Shown: positions 39,903 through 54,923, counted from the first letter of the whole stretch. The stretch is 63,841 nt of DNA, filler included, from Kipferlia bialata (GCA_003568945.1; 6 parts of 6 records of this genome joined end to end with filler, not necessarily neighbours in it), one strand, 5' to 3'. Program-made: numbers and translations. Notes: a model not told the origin generated them from the sequence alone.

Positions 39903-41093
39903 TCACTGTGACAGTGGCGACCCCGGGGCCAGCGCCATCCCCTGTGTCAGCTTCGCCAGTGCCTGTGCCACCACAGAGTTGTCTCTGGCAGGCCTCTCAC
40001 TGATACCCGCCTGTCTGCAGAGACGTGTCCTGGCCCTCTTGTCCCTCAGCCTGGCAATGGGTGTGAGGGTTGGTGTGATGATACCCGACCTCTGTCTGTC
40101 CAGTAGGGTCATGGTCACCCTGCTCTCATTGACAGCTGATGCAATGGCGTCACTCTCATCCCTCCACCGCACCCTCTCCTCCTCCACCTTGGCAGGGTGG
40201 GAGGCCAGGAAGGCTGCGTCGGGGGGGGTCTGCAGCGCCCACCCCTTGCCGGTCACCTTCTTCAGCAGGGGGGAGAAGAGAGACCGAACCAGGTGGGGGG
40301 GGAGACCGGTCTGGTCTGTGAAGCTGCGCCTGGACACGTATGTAGATGTGGCTAGGAGCAGGAGGAGGTAGTCTCTGAAGGGTACGAGAGACTCCTCGAC
40401 TGCGTCCCTGGACCTCTGCACCCACACCCCATTGACAAGCCTGGCCAGGTCCGACAGGTGCTTCAGCAGCTCCGACTCCTTGACCCTCCCTGCCGCCCGG
40501 CAGATCATCGAGTACTGCATGATGGGCTTCTTCTTGAGCAGGTGCCCCACAAGGTCCCTAGGGGGTAGGCGTCTGATGAGCTCGAGGGACAGGGCCCCCG
40601 AGGAGTGTGTCTGGGCTGGAGCCGTGGCAGAGGGGGCAGAGGGGGGCTCGGGGAAGAGCTGGTTCACATACTGCACAGCCGGCTGGTCGAAGTTGATGGC
40701 GTCTCCCTTGCAGGAGAGGAGGCGGTGCAGCTGCATGGTGGACTCCCTGGGATAAGGGGGGGGGGGGAATAGATATAGATGCACATATACACACACACCT
40801 GCTGCCCTCTGGGTAATACTTCATATCCACGCTCTCTCCCTTCTGCACCTCGACTGGCCCGTGGTGCCTAGAGTGAGACAGGGAAGGGGGGGGAGGTGTA
40901 TATATATCCATGCATCCCATCATGGAATAGACTCTACCTCGCATTGGCCGGGGCCTGACAGAATGCGTCGATGTCTGACTGTCTGTCCACTGTGTTGGTG
41001 TAGCTGTGGCTGGGCCTCACACTCACCACACTGCTGACTGGGGTCAGGTGCAGGGCATTGCCCCCAGACAGCAGTCCCACGGCCATGGTCGAC
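39903..41093 (-). CDS. POLR3E: RNA polymerase III subunit RPC5/C37 (Sin-like), 5' end missing
   Basis: LHLTPV, SLELIRRLP..LLKKKPIMQY, ARLVNGVWVQRS, RDYLL, KGWALQTPPDAAFLASHP..W parallel POLR3E (MAQLRTLP, AMLVQGNWVVKS, RDFVM, KGWEFILPYDGEFIKKHP). Confidence 0.82.
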
Positions 41094-41148
41094 CTAGAGG
41101 GGTGAGAAGGGGGGGGGGGGGGGGGGGGGGGGAATTTGGGGGGGTTGG

Positions 41149-41248
41149 NNNNNNNNNNNNNNNNNNNNNNNNNNNNNNNNNNNNNNNNNNNNTTAATTAA
41201 TTAANNNNNNNNNNNNNNNNNNNNNNNNNNNNNNNNNNNNNNNNNNNN
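41149..41248. other. Artificial contig linker
   Basis: N-run/TTAATTAATTAA/N-run. Confidence 0.97.
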
Positions 41249-41297
<49 letters not shown>

Positions 41298-41347
41298 GGG
41301 GTGACGGAGTAGGTTGTATTACACTGCATCTCAAGGCACCCACACAC

Positions 41348-43899
41348 CTTGACCACTCCAGTCGATGCATACTTCTCAACGACAGAGTCGAATGCAGTAA
41401 ACATGACATTCAGCATCCTCACCACGTCGGCACCGTGCTCCGAGCAGTATCTGGTGAACCCGACAATGTCCAGCTTGGTGTACACCATCAAGGGGAAGAA
41501 CTCAATCTCAGAGGAGAGCATGATGGCACGCTCCTCCTGCGGTCAGGGTATTTGTATATATATACGTATATATATATATATAAATATCTATGTAATGTAT
41601 CAGAGTGCAGAGTGCAGAGTGATGTCTATGCATGTACAAGGATTGGACACACACTGCAGCACATGATATATATACATGTATATAAATGTCACATAGCACA
41701 TGATATATATATACAGGTACTCGTGTCCCTACCTCAGATGCCAGGTGGATATCTGATGCAACACCTGGGACGACCCCTGTCACACCCTGCCTATCCACAC
41801 ACACACTATCAGTATCAGTGGCACCCATGGGTGGGACATCCCCATCCCCTCCACTGAAGGGGCAAACTGCTGCTCCTGTTGAGGCACCTGCGTCGGGGTG
41901 TGCAGTGGATACAGATAGGACTGTGGTCTCACAGACAGGGGCAGTGTTGGTGTCAGAAGGACCTGACGTCTCAGACGTCTCAGACGTCTTAGACGCCTTT
42001 GACGACATTGGGCACAGGCGCATCTTGCCATCTGCCCCCATACCATGATGGCTCATGGGGCACCCAGTGCTATGGGGTAGGGTATCTGACACACCATCAG
42101 TTACACCCTCAGGGGGGTGGGGCATACCCCCTCTCTTGGCACCAAGCTGGGGATACCACTCCCTGAACAGAACCCTGATCTCGGCCTGGGGATGAGGGAG
42201 TCAATACATATATATATATATATAGATATATACTTAGATATATCTATACAAGTGCATATAGTCCTTGATCACCAACCCTGATCTCCACAAAAACAAATAC
42301 ATATGAAGAAATATTAGAAGCAAAAATGAATGCACACACCTCCTTGACGTCCACCTTGGCCACACAGGCAGAGGGACAATATATACAGATAGNCCTCCTT
42401 GACGTCCACCTTGGCCACACAGGCAGAGGGACAATATATACAGATAGATATACACCAAATAGTATATATAAATATATATATACATAAATGTATGTTCTTA
42501 TACCTCCTTGACATCAACCTTGGCCACAGAGGCAGATGGACAATATACCTATACACTAATAGTATACATACACATGCCCATATACCTCCTTGACGTCCAC
42601 CTTGGCCACACAGGCCGAGGGACTGGGGGCAGGGCTGGGGGAGGCCTCGCGGATGGCAGAGTAGAGGCTCTTGAGGAACCTGAGGTGAGATATTACAATG
42701 ACACCTACATATCACACTGACTCAGACTATGTATAGCGGATGGCGGAGTAGAGGCTCTTGAGGAACCTGAGCATCAACACCGGTATCAAAATATTTACAC
42801 AACATACACTGACACATACTATGTGTATATGCACTGTATTTGATACCGTGTAGTGCTAGGGTTCTTGTGGCATATCAACACCATAAATAATATACATACA
42901 CCATATACGCTATGTATGACAGTGGTATAATTAATGTACCTTGTGGTGCTAGGGTTCTTGTGGCATATGCACTGGTGCTCACAGGGGACATCCTCTGATG
43001 TGACACACTCACATGCACCATGGCTCTCCCCACCCTGTCCAGACACTGACAGGGATGGTGATACGGGTGCCAGTAACTCTCTGTCTGAGTCGAGAGGGAC
43101 TGCCTGGGTGTCAGCGTATATTGGCACGTACATATACTCAACGTTAAGGGATACAGTCACATATATACATACACACACATATATATATATGCATACCTTT
43201 GCCAGGAGGAGTGGGAGCAGGACAGTCTCGTTGATGCCCCTCAGCAGGTGCTGCTCCTGCAACCTCCTAGGGGTGAGGGAAGGGTAGTCACATACATGAA
43301 GGGAGACAGACTGACTGATGGAGTATTGAACATGTAAACTACTATGATATATACATCTATGCAATCCCCCCACCTGACTATAGCTGTGGCGTCCTCTGGT
43401 GTCATTGTACCAAAGGGGAAGGCGGAGGAGGACGTCTCGGCAAAGGAGGGGGCCATGATCCTGAAAGGTAAGGGTTAATGTTCATAAACATCAAATACAT
43501 ATATATATATATATATAGCTAGATACACTACACACTACATACATACATGTAGAATAACATGGGGCCAGGATCCTGTGGTTAGCATCAGTAAGGGGGGTGT
43601 TCACAGGGATGGTATACCATTGTATGTATCACCACCCACTATTGTATATATTATGCAGCCACTCACTTGTTGAAGAATCTGCCTGATGCCACCCTGGATA
43701 CCAGGACCATACATAACGTATATACTATGATATACATACACATATGTATACATGCTCTTCACACCATATATAAAATATCATACATAATTTGAGACATACT
43801 TGTTGAAGAACCGTCCTGATGCCACCCTGGATACCAGAACCTTGGCAGCAGTGGACTGGACAACGAAACGGGTGCCGACAATGAATGAGACAACCTGGG

Positions 43900-43940
<41 letters not shown>

Positions 43941-45480
43941 CATGAGACAACACTGCGGGAGGGAGGGAGAGTAATAAACCAATTTGCGAACCGCCAAAGC
44001 ACAACCCAACCATAAACTATATCTGAATATACGTGTCATATACATCACACATCCATGCAGCACCTGTGTGATGGCCTGCAAGAGGCAGAAGCTGCCTACG
44101 AACATGACAGACAGTATCATGTAGCTGGCAATCCTGGGGTGAGGAGCTGGGGAATGATGATACCATGATACAGTGGAGAGCACTAGTAGAGAGACGGGGC
44201 TTCATGTGGGTATATATACCGGTGGGGTGTCACCATAGTGATGCAGCCATACATGAACTACCACACGTATACAATACCATACCATTCTATATGTCTACAC
44301 ATGTATAAGTGACTGACTATGTACCTGTGGTGTGTCACCATAGTGATGCAGGCTGGCACATACACCATGCCCCCTACTGAGAGGGCATTGACCGCATCCA
44401 CATCCGATAGGGAGAAGAGGGCTATGACGGTCTCACCCAGCACAACGTATACAGTGGCCTTGGATGAGAAGGGAGGGTGGATGTAGATGGGGGAGCAACA
44501 TACATGGTGGGTGAGACAGGAACACGACCCGGCTGGGATGCCTTAGCCAATATGTGTCTCACCAGTGTCTCACCACTGTCGCAATATATCACACACACAA
44601 TTGAAATACCCCACGTTACATATCCTCTTCTAACACACTCACTGCGACCACTCACCCACAGGACATTGACGCTGTGCGTGATAGCTAGGCTACAGCCCTC
44701 CTCCTCGGCTGCATCCGATATAATGCGGCTGGTGAAAATGAGGACCACAATGACTGGAGTGAGAGGCACTGGTGAGAGGTGAGATGGGATACACTCCATA
44801 GTACACTTGCACACTTGCCTAGACACTCTCCATTACATATATGTATATATTCACACCACATTGCCCCACCTATCTGAATCAGCACCTGCAGGCCCAGCTT
44901 GACTGCACAGCTGACACGCCAGGTGGACAGCAGCTGCTGAGGGTCAGGGAGAGGACAGTGAGACATACTCATAGACACAGCCAAGAGAGACACATCCACA
45001 CACACGCCTTATACATATAAGTACAGAGATACATGCTACATCCCACCCTCACCTGAACCTTGTCTTCGATGGGCGTGTCTGTCTTGTCGGTATCCAGCAG
45101 TGTCCGTGTAAAGAGGGTGAAGGTGATCCGTCTGTGCTTGAGGTATGAGACCAGGTCCACAACGCATCTAACCTGGGTGTCAATGGACAATATGGATACA
45201 CAACAGAGAACATACCAATAAACACGAACTCAGTAACTGTGTGTGTACAGCACTCAAGTGTGTATATGCCTGCCCATATGGGACGTACCAGTGTGAGTAC
45301 CAGCAAGCACACCAGACACACTGAGGTGGATCCAACTGCGCCAGGGACAGAGCCCGAGAGGACCCCGCTCCCATGCACCTCGGCGGCCCCACTCCAACGC
45401 ATCTCGAACCAACTGACGACACCGTAGGCCATGATCAGAACCTGGGGGGTAAGAGGGGGGGGGGGGTATAGGATATAGGA

Positions 45481-45516
<36 letters not shown>

Positions 45517-48500
45517 GATATAGGGACTCAGAAAGAGATTCAGAACATATATATAATGGTCAGTGTTGGATGATCTGTATGCTGGTCCCAAACAAGACAC
45601 ACTACCTGAAGACAAACTAGTATCATTGTTGGCACAATGTACCGCTGTATCTTCCCGATATCCTGGAAGGCCACAAAGAGATTGCGGCCATAGCTTCGGG
45701 ACCAGCTGATCTGGGGATCAGAATTATCGTCAACGTAACAACAAATCTTCGAATCCAAACAGCAACTAGTGCATACCTTCATAGCCTGTCCGATTCCGCT
45801 GTAGAGGGTGGGCACAAAGCCAAGGACACAGCGGGGCCTATCCGGGGACGGACTCCGTCCACTCTCAACTCTATCTGCCTCAGCCTCTGCCTCTGCCTCT
45901 GCCTCTGCCTCTGCCTCTGTGGCCCCATCTGCCTTAACAGGGCATGGGGTAGGAGTAGGGTTAGGGGTGGGGGTAGGGACACTGGTAGTAGGTACCGCCT
46001 GGGGCACCAGGGCCCCTGTTGTGGCCATGTACTGATCTGCCATGACATCCAGGGCAGACCCAGTTGGCACACACCTAGGGGGTCAGAGAGGGGGGTAGAC
46101 GAGGAGAGAGGGGTGGGGCATATAACAGGGCACAGTATATATATATATATACACATATGCATGATACACCACTCACGTGTGCAGTGCCTCCAGGTGCCTC
46201 AGAATGCACTCGTCCAGCACAGTCACCTCTGTGGCTATCTGGTCCACGGTCACTGGATCATCGGCCATGGGGTTGGAGGGGTCGCCGAGGGGGCCCATCT
46301 CCAGCACACAGTTGTCAGAGGGGGGGCTGGACTGGGCAGCAGAGTCCCGTCTGGACTGCGAGGTGGAGGTTGGCAGGGCGTCCAGGCTGCCCGTCCTGCT
46401 GGTCACTGAGCGCCTCCTGCCCGCTGGTCTCACAGCTGTCGCAGGTCCGTCTGTCGGGTAGAGCTCCGGCCACCTGGTTGTGACGCAGGACTCCTGCCGC
46501 GTGAGGGGTCCGATGGGCTCTATACTTGTGGAGGTCTCAGAGGCCGGTACCCCCTCCCCTGCAGACACCGCAGGGTCATGGGCATCCTGAGGGTCTAGGT
46601 CTAGGTCCAGGTCACTGTCACTGTCATTGGGCCTGGTGGATGTCACCAGGCCTGACCTCTCTCGCGGGGACACCCCGTTAGTGCTAGAGGCATTGGGGTT
46701 GGAGACATTGGTGGCAGACCCAGAGGACCGGGACCCGAGGGAGTCCACGATTGATGGGATAGATGGGTTGGTGACGCCAGGGAGACGCCCACCTGAGCCA
46801 ATCTCTAGCAGACTGGCGGAGTCGGACCAGAGAGAGCCTACAGTGAGAGACAGGTTGTGATATATCAACGCTCGGTGATGAATACAACCCACTAATGATA
46901 AGAGTACCTTGGAATGATGAGTCGGTGACAAAGGCTGCCGGCATCGACTCACTCCGTCCCCCCTGGCCTGGCCCCCCACTGACGCCCTGCCCATTGGTTA
47001 ACTGGCTGAGAACGGGTCTGACGAAGGTGGAGGACAGGGGCTGGGCGCGGGGGAAGGGCACCTCCATCTGGCTGGCAGCCCTGACAATGTGGGAGAGAGA
47101 GGACGGGATGCGCTGGCAGAAGGACTCGGGTCTGCCGCTGGGCCTGCGGATGACGTTGTCCTCCGATATGTCGACAGGGAAGGAGTGGTTGGCAAGGCTG
47201 GGGGCACCCATGGTGGATGCGTGGGAGCTCCTGTTGCTGGTCTTGGACCCCTGGGGCACAGGGAAGGAGGAGCTGGGACCGTGTGCCCCACTGTCCATGC
47301 TCTCTCTCTCCCTTGGTAGAGGTGCCGCACCAAAGGGAGAGGCGACATCACACCCCTCCGAGGATGATGAACTGTCCTCATCCACTAGGATGTCAGCCTG
47401 GGTCTCGATACCGTCAAACTGGGTCTTGGACGGGACGTGACTGGACCCAACAACCACCTCAGAGGAAGAGGACTCGGAGGAAGAGGAGTCATCGATAACC
47501 ATGTCAGCCGTGGCGTCTAGACCCTCATCGGCCTGCAGGACACTCCTCATCCTGGAGGCCCTCTCAGACATCCTGCTAGACATCCTGCTAGGCCCCATGG
47601 TGCTAGGCCCCATGGTGCTGGACATGTGGGTGCCAGTCGTCTCAAACTCTACAGTGTGGACCATGTCCCCCTGGGTGGAGGACGACCACTCCGTATCTGC
47701 AGACTGGTCAGCGGGGAGGGACCCACTCGAGAACATGACGGAGTTGACTGCGTTGCTGAGCCTCCTGTTCATGTTCATCCTGGGCATCGGGGGCCTGGCC
47801 TGGCCCTGCCTGGCATCTGTCAGCAGACGCCCCAGGTTGAGCAAGGACACACCGGTGGCACCGACAGGGCGCGTCGAGTCTGAACCATCTCTGTCGCTCT
47901 CTGACCTGCCTGTGCCCCTCCCCCTCTCCGAGGTGTCGACATAGGAGCCCCTGAGGGAGGAGGGGTCGAAGGCAGAGATGGTGCCACCTGGGGTGAGTGC
48001 CAGTGTTTACAGAGGGGAGGGGGCGGTACACAACTACCAAGGCATGTATCAATTATGTGTGTCTACTGCATACCTATGTCTGTATCGATCTCGTTGAGGG
48101 AGCCCATGGTCTGGTTGGAGACAAAGGTGCCGTCGAAGGAGAATGACCCGAAGGATGCCATGGACATCCTGTAGTTCTTGTCGGTGGGGTACTCACCCCC
48201 TGGGGGCACTGCACTGGGAGGGGGGGAGGCAGCGTAGGCAGGGGGGGAGGCAGGCTTGACCGGCATGACTGGACTATGGTCCCTGGACACCTCCCTGATA
48301 GAGGCCAGGGCTGCTGTGAACTGGGAAGGGCCCCTGGGGGACTCACCGGTACCTGGGGACACCTGCTCAGAGGGTGAGTCCCTCGTGGGAATGGGGCTGA
48401 TGCGGGCCTGGGACACAGTCCTCTCAATGCCTGTCAGTGAGGGACACAGTTAGGGTAACAGAAGAGAGTGATGCAGCCTGGAACAGCAACTGAAGTGCCT

Positions 48501-49278
48501 CTGAGTGCTCATATATATATATGAACTTTCTATATACAAACCATAGCGTTACCTAGCATGACCGATGTCTCAGACACTGCCTGCATGTAGGAGGAGGCGG
48601 CCTGGAGGCTAGGGTTGGGGGCCCTGTCCCCAGAGAGGTTCCTGGGCAGTCCGTACCGCTCTGTCCCATCAGCGTTGGGATCACCCACAAAGGTGTCATT
48701 AACAACAACGTCCACAATGTCTCTGAAGGTGCCCCCGTCGAAGCCAGGCTCGTGTCTCTCTGGTGACACCTCTACACCCCTGCTGCTGTTGTTTGTGTGG
48801 GAGAGAGACCCCGACCTGAGCCTGGAGTGTATCCTAGAGATGGACCCCGAGGAGGACAGGATGGATCCGATGTCTGAGACACTGTGGGCGATGGAGGCAG
48901 ACTTCATGGAGTGCACTCCGAAGCTGGGGGTAAAGGGGGGTGGGGTGTACATAGCAGAGTAGAGTGATTAGTATATTGACACATATTAGTAAATACAAAC
49001 ATACCTCTCCCTGGTGACAGTCATACTTAACACTGAACACTAAACATGTCAATGCAGGTATTACTATATATACTAATACATATATACACACCTTGCCCTG
49101 ATGACGGCCCATGGTGCCTGGAGGATGGCATTGATGGTGGAGGGGTCTGGGAGGCTGGGGTTGAGTCTAGTGACGGTGGGGGAGGGGACGCCATGATCAC
49201 CCTGGCCGAGGAGGGCTGATCTGCACACAGCTGGGTACACAGAGAGATCGGCATCGAAGGTCGGGTCCATGATCTGAG

Positions 49279-49315
<37 letters not shown>

Positions 49316-50105
49316 TGTACACAATGACAAGACTGGGCATGTATATACACTCACCCTCTTGATCCAGGGCTGTGACTCTGATGCACCCTGCATACTGGTG
49401 TGCATGTGGGTGTGGAACAGGCGGTACACCTGGGGTGAGATACAAGGGGGTACTATATTAAAAAGAATGATACATTTACAAATACTCCTATATCATACCT
49501 TCTCCCATGTAATGTCTGGCAGGGTCATGGTGCGCACTGGGAAGATGCCCTTGCCCTTGAGAAACAGGAGGGTGGGTCTGGAGTGCATCAGGTAGATGTG
49601 ACTCGCCCTGGGGTCAGGAGCGCGGGGAGAGAGAGTGGAACACATATACACGTATATACACGTATACATATACCCCTGATACCTTGAGTACGGGTTCTCC
49701 TTGAGTGTGGTAGCTGACACAGAAGTGGCAGCAGTGGCCACCCTCTCAGTCACCACAACCTGGTTGCGCTTGGCCTTGTTCATGAGCCTGGGGTGAGTGG
49801 CAACAAGGTCATTACATATGGTATTTGTATACATACTATAGTAATTATTCATGAGTCTAAGGTAAGGGAAGAGGTGATAAGAGAGGGAGAGAGAGAGAGA
49901 TAGCAACACCTAGGCATACCAATGACACAAATGAAGAGAAAGATATACATATACATATATATATGGAGAGAGTGCTCACCTTGCCGCTGTGTTGACTGTG
50001 TCTCCAAACACATCGTACATGAGCTCGTCTGTGCCCAGGACACCCCCAGTCACACTGCCACAGGAGATACCGGCCCTGGGGTCAGTGGGTACTATATATA
50101 TATAT

Positions 50106-50146
<41 letters not shown>

Positions 50147-50333
50147 TAGTCCCCCAGTCACACTGCCACAGGAGATGCCGGCCCTATTGATACATAAACA
50201 CCATAGATGCATGATATGCATACCTGATGGCCGATATTGTCTCCAGTGCCACCCCCCTCTCCCTGAGGGAGGGTATCGCCAGGGTGGCAAACAGACAGAA
50301 GTGGCACATCTGGTAATAAGAGTGGGGTAGGGG

Positions 50334-50367
<34 letters not shown>

Positions 50368-50877
50368 CATGTCACCTGTCTGCACTCGAGCTGTATCCTC
50401 TGCTCACTGGGTGTACCCACTAGGCCATCCCTCGATATACGCACAATGAGGCACCCGTCTGAGCCCTTGATCTTCTCAACGCCTGGGGATGAGGGAGAAT
50501 GGGTTGCTGATTGGACTACTATGTTCTCTTGGACTCATAGGATTGATATGGATATACTGTATGAATATATATATATATATATATATTCATATATATACAC
50601 TATACATATATATATACTCATATATATATACTCTACATATATATATATTCATATATATACTACTGAGCGCCTGTGATTGACGCGATGATACCACATGTAT
50701 AACATGTATAATATGCATAATGCACGTAAAAACAGGGAACACGTACCTGTGAATGACGTGATGAGTATGTCGATGGTGTTCATGAGTGACACGAGGTCTC
50801 TGACATACGCAGCGGCCGGGACCTGCAGAGTCAGTGTACAATAAATAACATACATACACATGAATTCATCCATATCT

Positions 50878-50910
<33 letters not shown>

Positions 50911-51311
50911 TTGGAGGGACAAAGAGGCACCCCCTAAAGAGTCAGACACTGACCTGGTCCTCTATGGGCACCACCCCCACAAATGCAATGACAGTGTCAC
51001 TCTCGGTGGAGATGAGACCTGGGTTAAGGGAAGGACAGGCATTGGACAGGGAATGGCTATAATTGAGATATATACCAAGTATGCATTATGTACCTGGACG
51101 CTGCACAGACCCCTCTCTCTCTCTGACAACGAGTGATGTCTCGCTCTTGACCTCCCCCTCCCCCTCTCCCTCCCCCTCTCCCGCTGCCCCAGGTGAGAGT
51201 GCCCTCGGTGTGATGATCCTGTCGTGCAGACTGGACGTGACACTGCCGGAAGGGTCGGCCAGGCCATGGGTGTGCGAGGAGTACAGGGTGGAGCCGTGGC
51301 TGGGGTGAGGG

Positions 51312-51344
<33 letters not shown>

Positions 51345-52472
51345 TGGAGTGAATGGCAGGGGGTGGGGATGGCCAATGATGGGTGATCGAGAGATACATG
51401 GAGAGAGAGCACATTGTGATTGGGAGCAAAGGCATCGTAATACACACACATCCATACCTGGACCCCGATGTGCCTGATATCTGGTGCTTGATGCCCTTGA
51501 GCTTGACATCAGACCCACTGAGGCACCTTGGGTGAGGCAGAGACAATACATTGTAGGTATGTATATGGATATTCTGTGTGTGTGTGGGGGGGGGGGGATT
51601 TCTGCTACAATACCAGGCTCTTAGAAGTAGACACCCATACCTCTTGACACTCTGTATCAGTATCAGTATCAGTATCAGATACTGATAGAATCATACCTCT
51701 TGACACTCTGTGTCACGTATCTACGCGTGGACTGGGGGAGGGAGGTCACAAACACGCGCAGAGAGGCCGTGACATCTCTGACAGTGAGGCAGGTGAGGAT
51801 ATGATACCCAAAAATATATAAACTGACGTTCACTGAGATGCATATAGGGAAGAATATATACAGATACGCTGATACTCAACTCTAGCAGTGACATCTCTGA
51901 CAGTGAGGGTAGGGACATATATAGAAGTATATGGATATAAGCTGATGCTCAGTGAGGGGCAGGGATATATAGATGATATATACGCTGACACTAAACTGTA
52001 GCATCAATTGGGGATGCTTATCCATATATACACCTATATACATTCATATACTCACCTCTTGAGACGCTTTGCCTGTAGCTCCAGAGAAGCCTCGATCCTG
52101 CCATTCCCTCTCCACCTGGCAGTGAGTGAGGGTGTCTATATACACATGCAAACATGTATGCAGGAGAAGACTAATGGTTCCATTCAATATCCTAGCTTGG
52201 GTAAATCTGTTGCTCACAGTGAGTGGCCACACTAACACATATACTATATATGCACTCACATGATGAGCGAGGCCATCAGGATCAAGATGAGAGTAGATAG
52301 AGTGGCTATACATACATGTACATACTGTATACACATATACTATACACACACTCACATGATGAGGGAGGCCATCAGAATGAGGAGCATGATGGATGGGCCA
52401 TAGGTGTGGGTGGGGGACGCTGGGTAGAAGACGTAGAGGAGGTGGCTGGCATAGGCAATGACACCTGCACGT

Positions 52473-52556
<84 letters not shown>

Positions 52557-54848
52557 TATAAGACCCACATAGCATCGTCCCATGGCATAAGTGGAAGATA
52601 CTCTATACTTCACCTAAAGATATACATAGAGAGAGAGCCTACCTGGCATAACCGCCTTGCCGCCGCCCTGACACTCTTACTGGTAGACACCAGACTGGCG
52701 AGTACCAGGAATGTCAGTGGTCCAGGGACAGGCTGGGAGATGTCAGCAGTGAGTCTCCTGACGTCTATGCCCTCACCTGTCATGTCAGCATCACATGGAA
52801 GAATGTATATATATGTATAATATATACACTCAATAATATTATATATACACTCAGAAGTATATCTATGCCCTCACCCCCTAGGTCGAAGAAGCCGGTCAGA
52901 ATGTATATATATTATATACATAATAAATACATACACCCAATAGTAATAATAATATATAAAATATAATAATATATAAATAGTAACATCTATATATATACTC
53001 AGAAGAGTGTCTATGCCCTCACCCCCTAGGTCGAAGAAGCCGGTTAGAATGTATATATAAATATATATATATACTATACACTATACACTATATATAGTGT
53101 ATATATAGATATATATGGATACACTATATATATCCCCTCACCCCCTAGGTCGAAGAAGCCGGTCAGGACCTGCCGCACTATGCTGCGCCGCTGGTAGCAT
53201 GATATAAGGGCCTCCACAACGTCAATATACCTGGGGTCAGAATATGAAGAGAGACAGTGTGTGTGTGTGTCCACGTATACATATGTATATGAATGCATTA
53301 ATAACTGTACCTCGAGAGCGCCTTGACCCCCGACCGGTCCCCAAGTGCCACGGGTCTCCTAAACAGTAGGAGCACGGGTGAGAGTGATAGAGTGGCGGGT
53401 GTCTCCTCCACCCCCTCTGCACTATCAGTACTATGCCTGGCATCCACATCACCAGAGGGCACCTGCAGCAGAGAGAGCAGGTCCCCGCTGCTGTTGGACA
53501 CCCCGTCACCCTCCTCCTGCCTCCTGGCCCTGTGCAGCATGGAGAGCAGGGTGGACAGGGTGTCGATGTAGGGCATGAGCACCACTAGCTCTAGTATAGT
53601 GACTGGGGGTAGGCCAGGGAGGGGGAGTGTCTCACACAGGTCCTTGGGTCTGATGTTGACAGCGTTGCCTAGGGGGGAGACCAGGGAGCCGGCAACACGC
53701 TCGACAAAGTGGGGGCGCCTCACAGTCTGGTACCTAGAGTCAGGGAGTGCATATATATATAGAGAGATACAGAATACACAGGTTGATAAGGAAACTACCT
53801 AGACTACACCCCTGGTGCCACCCCTGTCTCATACACACACATATACTGCCCTGTCTCATATATATATGTATTGACACTATGTATTGACACTGACTGGTAC
53901 CTGGACTGTACCCCCCTTGTGCTTCCCCTGTCTCTCTCTGCACGGTGGGCATGGTGCTGGTGGTGGTGGGACCCCTGGGAGTGAGATATATAAAGACAAT
54001 GAATGAGAGAGATGGGGGGGATGTCTATTATATACAAGACATGTATATGATAGTGCTGGCGTTGGTGGGACCCCTGGGGTTAGATACAAAGAAACAACCA
54101 TATATATAGAAGGGGGTAAGGGGGTTGCTCAATATTGTGGTGGGACCCCTGATACTAGATATATACAGATAAACAGAGGGAGAGGGAGAGGGAGGGTGTG
54201 TCTAGATACATAAAGAGAGAGGGGGGGGGGGGGGGGGTTGGGAGAGAGAGCCAGTGAGATAACAGACATATACATGTATATACACATACCTGGGTATGTC
54301 TGGGGACACTCCCATGACCGCAGGCACTACTGAACCCTTATCCAGGCCCTTCTTGATGTTGATGCTATCCCTGCTATCTCTCCTGATGCTCAGACTGTCC
54401 CGCCTACCCTCCCCAGGCACCTTCTCTCCCCCTCTCTCCTTGTCCGCGGCCTTGCCGTCCCTCCTGTCCTGCTGGTGTGACACAGTGAAGTGGTCCACAC
54501 TGTCCTCACTGACGTGCAATGGCTCAGAGAAGGAGTCTACAGGGAGGGAGGGGGTGGCGACGGAGGTGAACGAGAACAGAGGCACCTTGGGGGATGCATG
54601 CTCGGGGTCCTCCACTAGGGTGGCCTCGGCCTGGGGTAAGGGGGAGGATGTATAGTATATATACAAAATAGGGTGAGGGTGGGCACCTGCTCTCCGTAGT
54701 GCAGAGACAGCCTGCACAGACAGTCCACAGCTGATATCCAGCCTATCCAGCCGGTTGGGATCTCTAGCACAGCCCTCTTCAGGAGGGATAGGGCAAAGGA
54801 GCACACATCAGGGCAACCCAGTACAAACTGACCGGCCCTGATGGAGGC
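41348..54848 (-). CDS. Giant multi-TM class III nucleotide (likely adenylyl) cyclase with two cyclase domains; partial at both ends
   Basis: Domain 1 (~49500-51020): VEKIK, RAGISCGSVTGGVLGTDELMYDVFGDTVNTAARLM, LFLKGKG. Domain 2 (41348-41540): LDIVGFT..VVRMLNVMFTAFDSVVEKY..VVK. Hydrophobic TM exons lie at 43800-45780 and 52060-52780, with long Ser-rich linkers between. Confidence 0.85.
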
Positions 54849-54923
54849 CTGAGAGTGAGAGGGGCTGGTATAGTATGGGGTGGGGGGGGGGGGGGGGGGG
54901 GGGAGAAAAAAAAAAATAGCATA

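Noticed and set aside
27367..41248. Functional clustering of RNF213-like, DUF4470 and MBL genes as a defence island
   Set aside because: A linker separates the RNF213 piece from the rest, and a probable mis-join lies at 36360-36435, so physical linkage is unsupported.
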